A stretch of DNA of 64,000 nt from positions 47,992-111,991 of the forward strand of contig JALHNL010000002.1 of NCBI GenBank assembly GCA_022843545.1, in the 5' to 3' direction. Position numbers and translations under genes: made by a program. Shown in pieces: positions 8,025 through 16,434 of the stretch (positions are counted from its first letter, which is position 1; every line of letters begins with the position of its first letter). The notes beneath the pieces were generated by a model that was not told where the DNA came from, did not search any database, and worked only from the letters and a program-made list of their open reading frames with translations. Origin of the DNA: Phycisphaerales bacterium. Its GTDB lineage: Bacteria > Planctomycetota > Phycisphaerae > Phycisphaerales > UBA1924.

Positions 8025-9983
8025 TCACCACAACCACAGACGAACAGTGTCGATGATCCTCCGCGTCCCGATCTCCAGGAGCGTGCGGCGGCCGGTGTCG
8101 AGGCTGACGCGGCCTTCCATGCCTGGGCGCATCCACGCGGCGGATTCATCGAGCTTGACGCGCACCTCGAAGAGGTTCTTGCCGTCCTTTGCCTCCGCGA
8201 GCGGCACGATCCGCTCGATGGTGACGGGGAACTCGGTGCCGGGGTGGCTGCGGGTCACGATCGCGCCCCTGCCGCCCTCCTTGATGAGGGCGACGTCGCT
8301 CTCATCCACGCGGACGACCGCGATCATCTCGGCGAGCGGCGCGATTTCGAAGAGCCCTTCGCCCAGCTTCACCGTCGAGCCCACGCGGTTCTTCAGGTCG
8401 CCCGAGATCAGCGTGCCGCCGATGGGCGCGACGATCTTCGTCCGCTCCAGCCGCGACTCCAGCAGCGCCAGCCGGGCGCGGGCCTGCTCGATCTGGGCCT
8501 CGGCCTTCTTGGCCTCGCCCGTGTTCTGCTGGGCGCGGGCCGTGTCCAGCGTCTTCTGCGCCACCAGCATCTGCGAGCGCGACTCCTCAGCCTGCAGGCG
8601 CAGTTCGCTGTCATCCAGTTCCGCGAGCAGCTGCCCGGCCTGGATCGACGCCCCGGGCTCGATGCCCGGCATCACCTTCTTGATCACCCCGTCAAAGGGC
8701 ATGGAGAGGGCCCGCTTCTCGCGGGGGCGCAGTTCGGCCCCGGCGCCGATGCGGTACTCCGCGGAGAAGACCGTCACGATGATCATCGCGACGATGAGCG
8801 CGACACCCGCCAGCTTCCACGCCGTGTGCTTCGGGCCCACCAGCCACGCCCCGGTCCACATCATCGAGTCCCACACCCGCAGCGGCAGGATGCGGTCGTC
8901 GGACCGGCGCACCCGCATCACGGGCGACACCAGGTCCATCGTCGCCTGCAGCAGTTCGACGGTCTTGAGGTCCACCCCCGGCGAGTCGGGCGTGGCGCGC
9001 GATTCGATGGTGATCACGCCCAGCACGTCCTCGCCCACGCGCATCGGGATCGAGCACACGTGCAGGTTCTTCTCGCCCGACGCCAGTTCCTTGTGCGCGT
9101 GGCTGATCGCTTGCGACAGCAGCACGTCCTGATCCGCCGGCGGCACCGGATGCACCACCGCCTGGTCCTGGTCCAGGCACTCGTCCATCGCCGCCTGCAT
9201 CTTCTGCACCATCGTCATCCGGCGGTCAAAGTGCTCGGTGTCGCTGATGGCCATGACGCGGACGCTGTTGCCCCTCAGCCAGCCCATCGCGACGCGGTCG
9301 GCGCCCAGGGTCTTGGCCAGGTCGTTCACGGTCTGGATCGCCGCGCCCTTGAACCCCTGCGCGGAGTTGATCGCGCCGATGAGCCGCGTGGCCAGGTCCA
9401 GCGCCCGCGTGCTCTGGGTGTTGCGCTTGAGTTCCTGACGCACCGCGTGCGTGTGCACGTAGCCCGCGATCACCTCCGCCATCGCCAGCGTGCTCTGGAT
9501 CGCCTGGCGCGAGCGCGGCTCGACCAGCAGCGTGATCGCGCCCGCGCTGCGCCCGCCCTCGCCCGGCAGCGCCAGCGAGAGCACATACCCCGCCCCGCTC
9601 GCCCCGTCGTACAGCTCGCTGGCGTCCTCCATCGCAAAGACGTGCGACGATGAACTCTCGAGCGCCGCCAGCGCGGCCCGCTTCACCTCGGGCAGGCTCT
9701 GGATCTGCGCCACGTCGGCCGGCCCGGGCGCCACGCCCGCCGCGGGCGGCGCCCCTACCGCTCCAGCGGGGAACATCGCGATGGGCATCGCCTCGCCCTC
9801 GCCGCCCTGACCGCCGCCCGAGGCGCTGATCGGGACGAAGAGCACCGCCTGGCGCGCGGCGGACACCAGCGTGAGGATCCGCAGCAGCCGGTCCATGAAC
9901 ACGCGGTCGTCGGGCGCGGAACTGGTGAGTTCCGCCACCACGCGCTGCCAGCCCGCCGCCTTCAGATGAGTCGCGTCAATCAC
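8025..9983 (-). CDS. GAF-like (tandem) - TM - HlyD-type membrane-fusion adaptor fusion protein
   Basis: 652 aa. The N-terminal approx 390 aa are cytoplasmic with GAF-like segments (LAKTLGADRVAMGWLRGNSVRVMAISD...VCSIPMRVGEDVLGVITIESRA). One TM helix (WKLAGVALIVAMIIVTVF) follows. Then a lipoyl-like, coiled-coil and beta-barrel pattern (IQAGQLLAELDDSELRLQ...IVAPIGGTLISGDL). Confidence 0.7.
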   Translation of the reverse strand: MIDATHLKAAGWQRVVAELTSSAPDDRVFMDRLLRILTLVSAARQAVLFVPISASGGGQGGEGEAMPIAMFPAGAVGAPPAAGVAPGPADVAQIQSLPEVKRAALAALESSSSHVFAMEDASELYDGASGAGYVLSLALPGEGGRSAGAITLLVEPRSRQAIQSTLAMAEVIAGYVHTHAVRQELKRNTQSTRALDLATRLIGAINSAQGFKGAAIQTVNDLAKTLGADRVAMGWLRGNSVRVMAISDTEHFDRRMTMVQKMQAAMDECLDQDQAVVHPVPPADQDVLLSQAISHAHKELASGEKNLHVCSIPMRVGEDVLGVITIESRATPDSPGVDLKTVELLQATMDLVSPVMRVRRSDDRILPLRVWDSMMWTGAWLVGPKHTAWKLAGVALIVAMIIVTVFSAEYRIGAGAELRPREKRALSMPFDGVIKKVMPGIEPGASIQAGQLLAELDDSELRLQAEESRSQMLVAQKTLDTARAQQNTGEAKKAEAQIEQARARLALLESRLERTKIVAPIGGTLISGDLKNRVGSTVKLGEGLFEIAPLAEMIAVVRVDESDVALIKEGGRGAIVTRSHPGTEFPVTIERIVPLAEAKDGKNLFEVRVKLDESAAWMRPGMEGRVSLDTGRRTLLEIGTRRIIDTVRLWLW

Positions 9984-10047
9984 TCGTCTTCTCCACCGTG
10001 CTCGTCGCCCCCGCCACCCCGCCGCCTACACGCCATCGCCGAGTCGA

Positions 10048-11052
10048 TCACTTCGCCGCCGCCGCGCTCTTGGGCGATTCGCCCTCGACCGGGGGCGAAA
10101 AGCGGACCCGCACCCGCACGCCCGCGGGCCACTCGCGCGGGTTGGGAGCCTCCACACGCACGCGCCGGCTGCCGCTGGTGTCCACCACGCGCGACACGTC
10201 CAGCACCTTCCCCTTCACCACCGCGTCGCTCTCGGGCGCGCCCGGCGCGTCGAACAGCACCCATGCCGAGTCGCCCGCCTTCAGCCCGCGGATCAGCGTC
10301 TCGTCCGTCGGCGTCGGCACGTCGATCCACACCGGATCGATGCTCACCACGCGCACCACCGGGCCCGCCTGCTCAAAGGCCTGCCCCACTTCGCACGCCA
10401 CCGCCTCCACCACGCCGTCAAACGGCGCTTCCAGCCGGTAGCGCTCCAGTTGCTTCTCGAGCTGAACCAGCCGCGCGGCCTCTTCCTTCATGTCGGACTT
10501 GGCGTTCGCCACCGCGGCCTCGGAGCTCTTCACCTGCGCCACGCGCTCGTCGATCTCCGACTGGTTCAGCGCGTCCTTCGCGAACGCCTCCTGCCCCGTG
10601 CGCAGCCGGATCCTCGCCAGTTCCAGCGACGCCTCCGCGTTCTTCACCGGCGCATCGTTCACCGAGCGAACACGCTGAACCTCGATGCTCGCCACCACCT
10701 CCGCGTCGCGACCGCGGATGAGCAGCTCGCCGCGCTTCACCCGCTGCCCCCCCACCACGCGCACCTCCTGGACCTCCATCGGGATGGTGAAGCCCATGAT
10801 GGCGTCTCGGCTCGGACGCGACACCCACTCAAAGCCCCCGAACGCACGCGCCTTGGACTCCCAGTCCTTGCTCGGCGGGATCGGAACAATCTGCGGGCTC
10901 AGAGCGGGGGCCGCGCCGGCGTAGCCGGGGGCCGACTCGCTCGACGCCGCCGGGCCGGGCTGCGCGATCGCCATCGCCCCCAGCGCCAGCCACGAACACA
11001 CGATGATCCACCCCGCTCGGGGTCCAGGCATTCGTCCGGTCATAGTCCGCAT
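10048..11052 (-). CDS. HlyD/RND-type periplasmic adaptor (membrane fusion protein)
   Basis: The ORF runs to 11235, but the plausible start is ATG 11052 (MRTMTGRMPGPRAGWIIVCSWLALGAMAIAQ signal-anchor). Has a lipoyl-like motif (VKRGELLIRGRDAEV), a coiled coil and a beta-barrel C-terminus. Confidence 0.7.
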   Translation of the reverse strand: MRTMTGRMPGPRAGWIIVCSWLALGAMAIAQPGPAASSESAPGYAGAAPALSPQIVPIPPSKDWESKARAFGGFEWVSRPSRDAIMGFTIPMEVQEVRVVGGQRVKRGELLIRGRDAEVVASIEVQRVRSVNDAPVKNAEASLELARIRLRTGQEAFAKDALNQSEIDERVAQVKSSEAAVANAKSDMKEEAARLVQLEKQLERYRLEAPFDGVVEAVACEVGQAFEQAGPVVRVVSIDPVWIDVPTPTDETLIRGLKAGDSAWVLFDAPGAPESDAVVKGKVLDVSRVVDTSGSRRVRVEAPNPREWPAGVRVRVRFSPPVEGESPKSAAAAK

Positions 11053-11256
11053 GATAGTGGTCTCACGCCCCCACACTCCGAGCGCACCCCCCAAGCTCAC
11101 CCCCGGCGCTCTCGACAACTTCCCTACGCGAGCGCCCGCCGCGCGGATCGGGCGACGTCGCGAACACGCCCGTCGGCAACCGGGAACCCGCGGACTTGAA
11201 CATACCTCTGCCGCCCGCCCCCTCCTATCCTCCATCCTCCCCTAGGAGCCCCCGAC

Positions 11257-12453
11257 ATGACGACCACTGCCACCAACCCGACCTCTTCCCGAACCCTGGC
11301 CATGAACGGCGGCACGCCCGTGAGCGCGACGCCCGTGCCCTTCATGCTCCCCGGGCTGGCCGAGGCGGACATCGAGGCGGCGGTGAAGGTCTTGAAGTCA
11401 GGCATGCTCCGCGCGGCCAAGAAGTGCGAGGAGCTCGAGACCCGCATGGGCCAGCTCTCCGGCGCCAAGCACGCCATGACCTGCGCCAACGGCACCTGCG
11501 CCCTCCAACTCGCCTATGAGCCGCTCCTGCAGCCCGGCGACGACGTGCTCGTCCCCGCCTGGTCCTACATCGCCACCGTCAGCATGATCGTCGCACGCGG
11601 GTGCAACCCCATCTTCGTCGACGCCGACCCCAAGACCGGCCAGATCGACCTCACCGACGCCGCCGGTCGCGTCACCGAGAACACCAAGGGCATCGCCGCG
11701 ACGCACATGTACGGCTGCCCCGTGGACATCGACGGCGTGCAGAGCCTCGCCCGCAGCCACGGCCTGAAGGTGATCTACGACGCGGCCCAGGCCCACCTCG
11801 CCACCTGGAAGGGCCAGGGCATCGGCGCGTTCGGCGACGCCGTCACGTATTCCTTCTACGCCACCAAGAACCTGCCCACCGGCGAGGGCGGGATGGTCAC
11901 CTGCAACAACGACGCGCTGGCACGCCAGATCAAGCTCCTGCGCAGCCACGGTGAAACCGAGAAGTACCTGCACGAGCAGGTCGGTTACAACTATCGCCTC
12001 AACGACATCGCCGGCGCGCTGGGCTGCTCGCGGCTCGACCGCCTGCAGAAGGAAACCGACGCGCGGCGCGCCGCCGCGGCCCGATACGGGCAACTGCTCG
12101 CGAACGTCAAGGGCATCACGCCGCTGGGCGTCACCCCCGGCGCGGTCAGCGCGTATCACCTGTACACGGTGACCTTCGACCCCAAGCAGTTCCGCTGCAC
12201 CCGCGACGAGTTCTGCAAGGCCCTGAACGCCGAGGGCGTGCCCACCGCCCTGCACTACCCGCGCTCGCTCCCGCAGCAGCCCGCCTTCGCCCGCTTCATC
12301 GACAACCAAAGGAACTCCTTCGGCGGCTGGCCCGTCGCAGAGCGCCTCGCGAGCACCGTTTTCAGCCTCCCCATGCACCACGGCCTCTCCGAGGCCCACT
12401 TCGCGGTCATGGCCGAAGCGATCGACAAGGTGGCAGCGGCCTACCGGGCCTGA
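11257..12453 (+). CDS. DegT/DnrJ/EryC1/StrS-family PLP-dependent sugar aminotransferase
   Basis: 398 aa. Family-typical blocks: AxTCANGTCALQLA, GDDVLVPAWSYIATV and YSFYATKNLPTGEGGMV (PLP lysine). Confidence 0.85.
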   Translation: MTTTATNPTSSRTLAMNGGTPVSATPVPFMLPGLAEADIEAAVKVLKSGMLRAAKKCEELETRMGQLSGAKHAMTCANGTCALQLAYEPLLQPGDDVLVPAWSYIATVSMIVARGCNPIFVDADPKTGQIDLTDAAGRVTENTKGIAATHMYGCPVDIDGVQSLARSHGLKVIYDAAQAHLATWKGQGIGAFGDAVTYSFYATKNLPTGEGGMVTCNNDALARQIKLLRSHGETEKYLHEQVGYNYRLNDIAGALGCSRLDRLQKETDARRAAAARYGQLLANVKGITPLGVTPGAVSAYHLYTVTFDPKQFRCTRDEFCKALNAEGVPTALHYPRSLPQQPAFARFIDNQRNSFGGWPVAERLASTVFSLPMHHGLSEAHFAVMAEAIDKVAAAYRA

Positions 12454-12560
12454 GTGTGGATTCCACGACAAGGTGTTCGATGGCACGGCGTCCCGCCTGT
12501 GTCCCCCGGCGATCCTGCGCGCAAATGCGAGCACCCCCGGCCCCCACTCTGAGAGAACGC

Positions 12561-12600
12561 CTCCGTCGCTCCACACTTCGTCACTTCGTCACTTCTCCCC
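12561..12600 (-). repeat. Octamer array (sense strand GAAGTGAC GAAGTGAC ...) just 3' of the MFS gene stop
   Basis: Plus strand reads ctccgtcgctccacacttcgtcacttcgtcacttctcccc with 8-nt period. On the minus strand it reads AGAAGTGACGAAGTGACGAAGTGTGG, directly downstream of the stop at 12608-12610. Confidence 0.8.
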
Positions 12601-12607
12601 AGCTCCA

Positions 12608-14158
12608 TCACTTCCCCGGCCAATGCTCCTTGGCCAGGATCGCGTCCACCAGCCCCGTGCGTGCGGCGGGCCGGCGCGGCATCCCGTCCACCTCCGGCGT
12701 GCGCTTGATGAGCATGAACACGCCGGCGACCATGAGCGGCACCGAAAGCACCAGCACCGCCGCCTGAGCGCCGTACCACGCCGCGTCGGCCTTGCCCAGG
12801 TCACTGACCAGCCGGGCCAGGACGATCTCGCCCACGAACCCGCCCAGCAGCACGCCCAGTGCGGTCGCCCCGAATGACGCGGTGTTGGCGATCGCCATCA
12901 CGCGCCCGCGCATCGCGTCGGGCACCAGGTTCTGCATCGCCGCCCACGTCTGGTTGAACGACCAGATCCAGAACACGCCCACCACGAACATGATCGGCCA
13001 GCCCAGCCAGAGCAGCGGGTTGAGCGCAAACGCGGTGATCGCCACGCCCAGACCCGAGAGCGCCATCGGGATGAAGTGGTGCTTGGGGTACCACGCGGGC
13101 AGCCAGCGCAGCGCGATCCCGCCGGTCACCGCGCCCACGCCCTGCACCGCCAGCAGCCACCCCACGATCGATTCGACTGAGGCCTTGCTCGCCCCGAAGG
13201 CGTCGAGTGTGAACTGCGAGAGCAGTCGCACCAGCGGCGCGGCGAACATGCTCGCCACCACCATCGCCAGAAACACCGCCAGCGGGCCGCGGTTGCGCGT
13301 CACAAACTGCCACGCCGACCACAACTGCGCCCGCGCCTTGCGACCATCTTGCGGGGGCGGGGGCGCCGCGGGCGTGCGCGACACCGCCAGCACCACGCCC
13401 AGAAATGTCAGCGTGTTGATCGCGAACAGGGGCGTGGGGCCCGCGGCGTGCATGAGCACCCCGCCCAGGGCCGGGCCCACCACCCGCGCCAGGTTGAACT
13501 GGATGCCGTTGAGCGTGATCGCCTTGGTGAGTTCTTCCCGCGGCACCAGCCGCGGCGTCAGCACCTGCCACGCCGGCATGTTGAACGACATGATCACCGC
13601 GTTGATCGCGCCCAGCCCGATGAGCACCCAGGGCAGCGTCCGCCCCTCGTGAGGCAACAGCGCGCTAGCCAGCGCCACGCACGCCGCCACGCCCATCAGC
13701 ATCACCTGCGTTACGATCAGCAGTTTGCGCCGGTCAACCCGGTCGGCGACCAGCCCGCCGAAGAGCCCCATGAGCAGGATGGGCAGCATCTGGGCCGCGC
13801 CCAGGTACGCCGCCATCTTCAGTTCGCCGGTGATCTTGGCCATCAGCAACTGGACGCCGACCAGTTCCATCCAGCTGCCCACGTTGCTCACAAACGCGGC
13901 GATCCACACGTTGCGGAAGTGCCCGTGCCGCAGAACGCTGCGCTGATACTCCGCCTTCACCGCGCCGACGATCTCGGAATAGCGCCCGCCCGCCGCGCCC
14001 CGCGCCCGCGGCATCGCCGACTGCGCGTCCGCCTCAAACGACGACGCCGCGCCCGTCGCGCTCAGCGAAGCGCGATCACCGTCCGCCTGCGCGTCGGCTT
14101 TGGGAGAGGTTGGCTGTTCAGAGGACACGATCCGGGCTCCGTCCCGCCTTCGTTCCAA
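12608..14158 (-). CDS. MFS transporter (EntS/MFS_3-like)
   Basis: 516-aa ORF with about 12 hydrophobic helices and an MFS motif-A-like GGLVADRVDRRKLL. The N-terminal 60-70 aa are low complexity, so the true start may be internal. Confidence 0.75.
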   Translation of the reverse strand: MERRRDGARIVSSEQPTSPKADAQADGDRASLSATGAASSFEADAQSAMPRARGAAGGRYSEIVGAVKAEYQRSVLRHGHFRNVWIAAFVSNVGSWMELVGVQLLMAKITGELKMAAYLGAAQMLPILLMGLFGGLVADRVDRRKLLIVTQVMLMGVAACVALASALLPHEGRTLPWVLIGLGAINAVIMSFNMPAWQVLTPRLVPREELTKAITLNGIQFNLARVVGPALGGVLMHAAGPTPLFAINTLTFLGVVLAVSRTPAAPPPPQDGRKARAQLWSAWQFVTRNRGPLAVFLAMVVASMFAAPLVRLLSQFTLDAFGASKASVESIVGWLLAVQGVGAVTGGIALRWLPAWYPKHHFIPMALSGLGVAITAFALNPLLWLGWPIMFVVGVFWIWSFNQTWAAMQNLVPDAMRGRVMAIANTASFGATALGVLLGGFVGEIVLARLVSDLGKADAAWYGAQAAVLVLSVPLMVAGVFMLIKRTPEVDGMPRRPAARTGLVDAILAKEHWPGK

Positions 14159-14272
14159 GGGTCGGAGCGGATGCTAGGAGGCGTGAGCAGTGGCGAATCG
14201 GAAATCGGCAGCGGGCCATGGACACTCGCCGTCCCGCGGGGGCTTCTGGCCTGTGGCCTCGTCCTTCCTTCT

Positions 14273-15061
14273 TTATGCCCCACTCCCGTTCTTGCCCCTG
14301 GGCATGTTCGCAAACCGGCACCGTCTCACCGCCACATACACCAGCACCTCAAACACCATCAGCCCCACCAGCCACCCCGCAAAGGGCGCGATGGGCAGGT
14401 GGGCGTCGAACATCAGGTTCCAGAGCGCCACGTCCGAAGTGCCGCCGAGCAGCCACCGCGTATCAGGCCACCGCGCAAGGATCGCAAAGAGCAAACCCCC
14501 GATGATCCAGCCCACACCCGCATGGGCCACCGCCATCATGCCGATGTCCAGCGTCACACGCCACCGCCGCCGCCGCGAGAAGAAGACCACGCCCCGGCGC
14601 TCCACCTCCGATAGCGCCAGCAGCAACACCCACAGCGGGAAGAACAGCCACAGCGCGATCGGCAGGCTTCGCGGATCGGTCTGCAGGTACGGCCGCCCCA
14701 TGGGCAGCGGGAAGAGGTCCACCAGCGCCAGCGCGATCCCGCCCGCGATCAGCCCCGCCCCCAGCAGCGTGTTGATCAGCAGCAGCACCCGGTCGGCCGC
14801 GCGCACGCTCGCCCCGCGGAACATCGCCCCCGGGCTCCTCAGCGCTCGCCACGTCGCCCCGCACCACCCCACGAACCCCGGCGACCGCTGCCAGGGCGTG
14901 CCCGGGCGTCGCTCGGGCAAACTGGCGAAAATCGCCGTCCCGCATTCGGGGCAGGCCGCCGCGGGGGCGTCGATGTCCAGCCCGTCCAGCACATAGCCGC
15001 ACCGCTCGCACAACAGGGTGCGAGGGTGCATGGGGTCGCGTGCAGCGGGCGATGAGCTCAC
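14273..15061 (-). CDS. Zinc-ribbon membrane protein (paralog family A)
   Basis: 262 aa. N-terminal CERCGYVLDGLDIDAPAAACPECGT, then several TM helices. Same CxxC-x-Y-x-L-x-GL...CPECG motif as 24663-24725, 26472-26534 and 56620-56682. Confidence 0.6.
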   Translation of the reverse strand: MSSSPAARDPMHPRTLLCERCGYVLDGLDIDAPAAACPECGTAIFASLPERRPGTPWQRSPGFVGWCGATWRALRSPGAMFRGASVRAADRVLLLINTLLGAGLIAGGIALALVDLFPLPMGRPYLQTDPRSLPIALWLFFPLWVLLLALSEVERRGVVFFSRRRRWRVTLDIGMMAVAHAGVGWIIGGLLFAILARWPDTRWLLGGTSDVALWNLMFDAHLPIAPFAGWLVGLMVFEVLVYVAVRRCRFANMPRGKNGSGA

Positions 15062-15247
15062 GGCGGAGGGTACCCGCGGGGTCTGCCCGGCATGGGCCGA
15101 GCCTCCGCATGACGCGATCAGTCCCGCACCTCGCTTTGGTCACGCAAGACACCAACCCGCCCCCCAACCTCGCCCCCACTTCCCATCCCCCGCCGGCCTC
15201 CCTACCATTGGCCCCCAAACGCAAACCCAATTCGCGAGAGGTTCCCC

Positions 15248-15802
15248 ATGAAGGCGATCGACATGCGGCCCGGCCAGGGCATGAAGTACGAAGGCAAGCT
15301 CTGGGTCATCACCGGCTACGAGTTCCGCAACCCCGGCAACCTCCGCTCGTTCGTCAACCTCAAGATCCGCGACCTGCAGCGCGGCGGCATCATCGAACGC
15401 CGCTTCCAGCCGTCCGAGGATGTCGAGCTCATCGAGATCGACCGCCGCCCGATGGAGTTCCTGTACCCCGAGGGCAAGGACGCGGTCTTCATGGACAGCG
15501 AGAACTACGAGCAGTACACGATCGGCGAGGCGGTGCTCGGGGACACCCTGCTGTATCTCCGCCCCAACGCCTCCGCGACCGTCTCGCTCTATGAAGGTCG
15601 CCCCATTCTGGTCGAGCTTCCGCCCAGCGTGGAACTGGTGGTCCAGGAAACCACCCCGAGCGTGAAGAACGCCACCGTGACGAACGTCATGAAGGACGCC
15701 ACCATGGAAACGGGCCTCAAGACCCGCGTTCCGGACTTCATCGGCGAAGGCGAGACCGTGCGCATCAGCACCGCCGACGGCGCGTACCAGTCCCGCGCCT
15801 GA
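15248..15802 (+). CDS. efp: Translation elongation factor P
   Basis: 184 aa that aligns without gaps to E. coli EF-P (GYEFRNPGNLRSFVNLKIRD versus SEFVKPGKGQAFARVKLRR). GAGAGG lies upstream of the ATG. Confidence 0.95.
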   Translation: MKAIDMRPGQGMKYEGKLWVITGYEFRNPGNLRSFVNLKIRDLQRGGIIERRFQPSEDVELIEIDRRPMEFLYPEGKDAVFMDSENYEQYTIGEAVLGDTLLYLRPNASATVSLYEGRPILVELPPSVELVVQETTPSVKNATVTNVMKDATMETGLKTRVPDFIGEGETVRISTADGAYQSRA

Positions 15803-15849
15803 TCGCTCCCCGCGCACCAGGCCCCGCACCGACCGACGCAACGCACGCG

Positions 15850-16434
15850 ATGGCCTCACCGCCCTCCCCACTTCCGCCCTCGGTGCCGCCGCTGGTCATC
15901 CTCGCCGGTCCGCGCGGCAGCGGCAAGACCCAGGTGGCCGGCCTCCTCTCCGCCGCCCTCGCGCGCCCGTTCATCGACCTCGATGACCGCACCGCCGCCA
16001 CGGCGGGCTTCGCCGCCTGCGCCGATGCCCTGCGCACCTTGGGCGAGCCCCGGTTCCGCGCCGCCGAGTGCGATGCGCTGCGGGCCGTGCTGGCACGCCA
16101 GCTCCCCGCCGGCGCGGTGCTCGCCCTGGGCGGCGGCACGCCCACCTACGCACCGTCGCTCGAACTGCTGCAGGCCGCCCGCGCCCGGTCGCGCGCCGCG
16201 GTGGTCTATCTCCAGGCCTCCGCCGGCGCGCTGCGCGCCCGGCTCAGCGCCACCGATCTCTCCGCCCGCCCGCCGCTGATGGGCGCCGACCCGCTCTCGG
16301 AGATCGAGCAGCTGCTCGCCGCCCGCGAGCCGGTGTACCGCGCCGTCGCCGATCTGGTGCTCAGCACCGAGTCGCTGACGCCGCAGACCGCCGCCGACCA
16401 CATCACAGCATGGCTGCGCCGGGGTCGGGCCTGA
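15850..16434 (+). CDS. aroK: Shikimate kinase
   Basis: 194 aa with Walker A GPRGSGKT, FIDLDD, and LALGGGTP. Confidence 0.8.
   Translation: MASPPSPLPPSVPPLVILAGPRGSGKTQVAGLLSAALARPFIDLDDRTAATAGFAACADALRTLGEPRFRAAECDALRAVLARQLPAGAVLALGGGTPTYAPSLELLQAARARSRAAVVYLQASAGALRARLSATDLSARPPLMGADPLSEIEQLLAAREPVYRAVADLVLSTESLTPQTAADHITAWLRRGRA

Noticed and set aside
5767-9132. 1121-aa ORF on the plus strand, plus many other long ORFs in the track (for example 344-1333 minus, 1542-2843 plus, 21326-22930 minus, 32245-34485 plus, 46291-47694 minus, 53426-55237 plus)
   Set aside because: They run antisense to, or out of frame with, genes that have clear family signatures. Their translations are Arg/Gly/Ala/Pro/His-rich low-complexity strings. 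These are the usual stop-codon-poor shadow frames of high-GC DNA.
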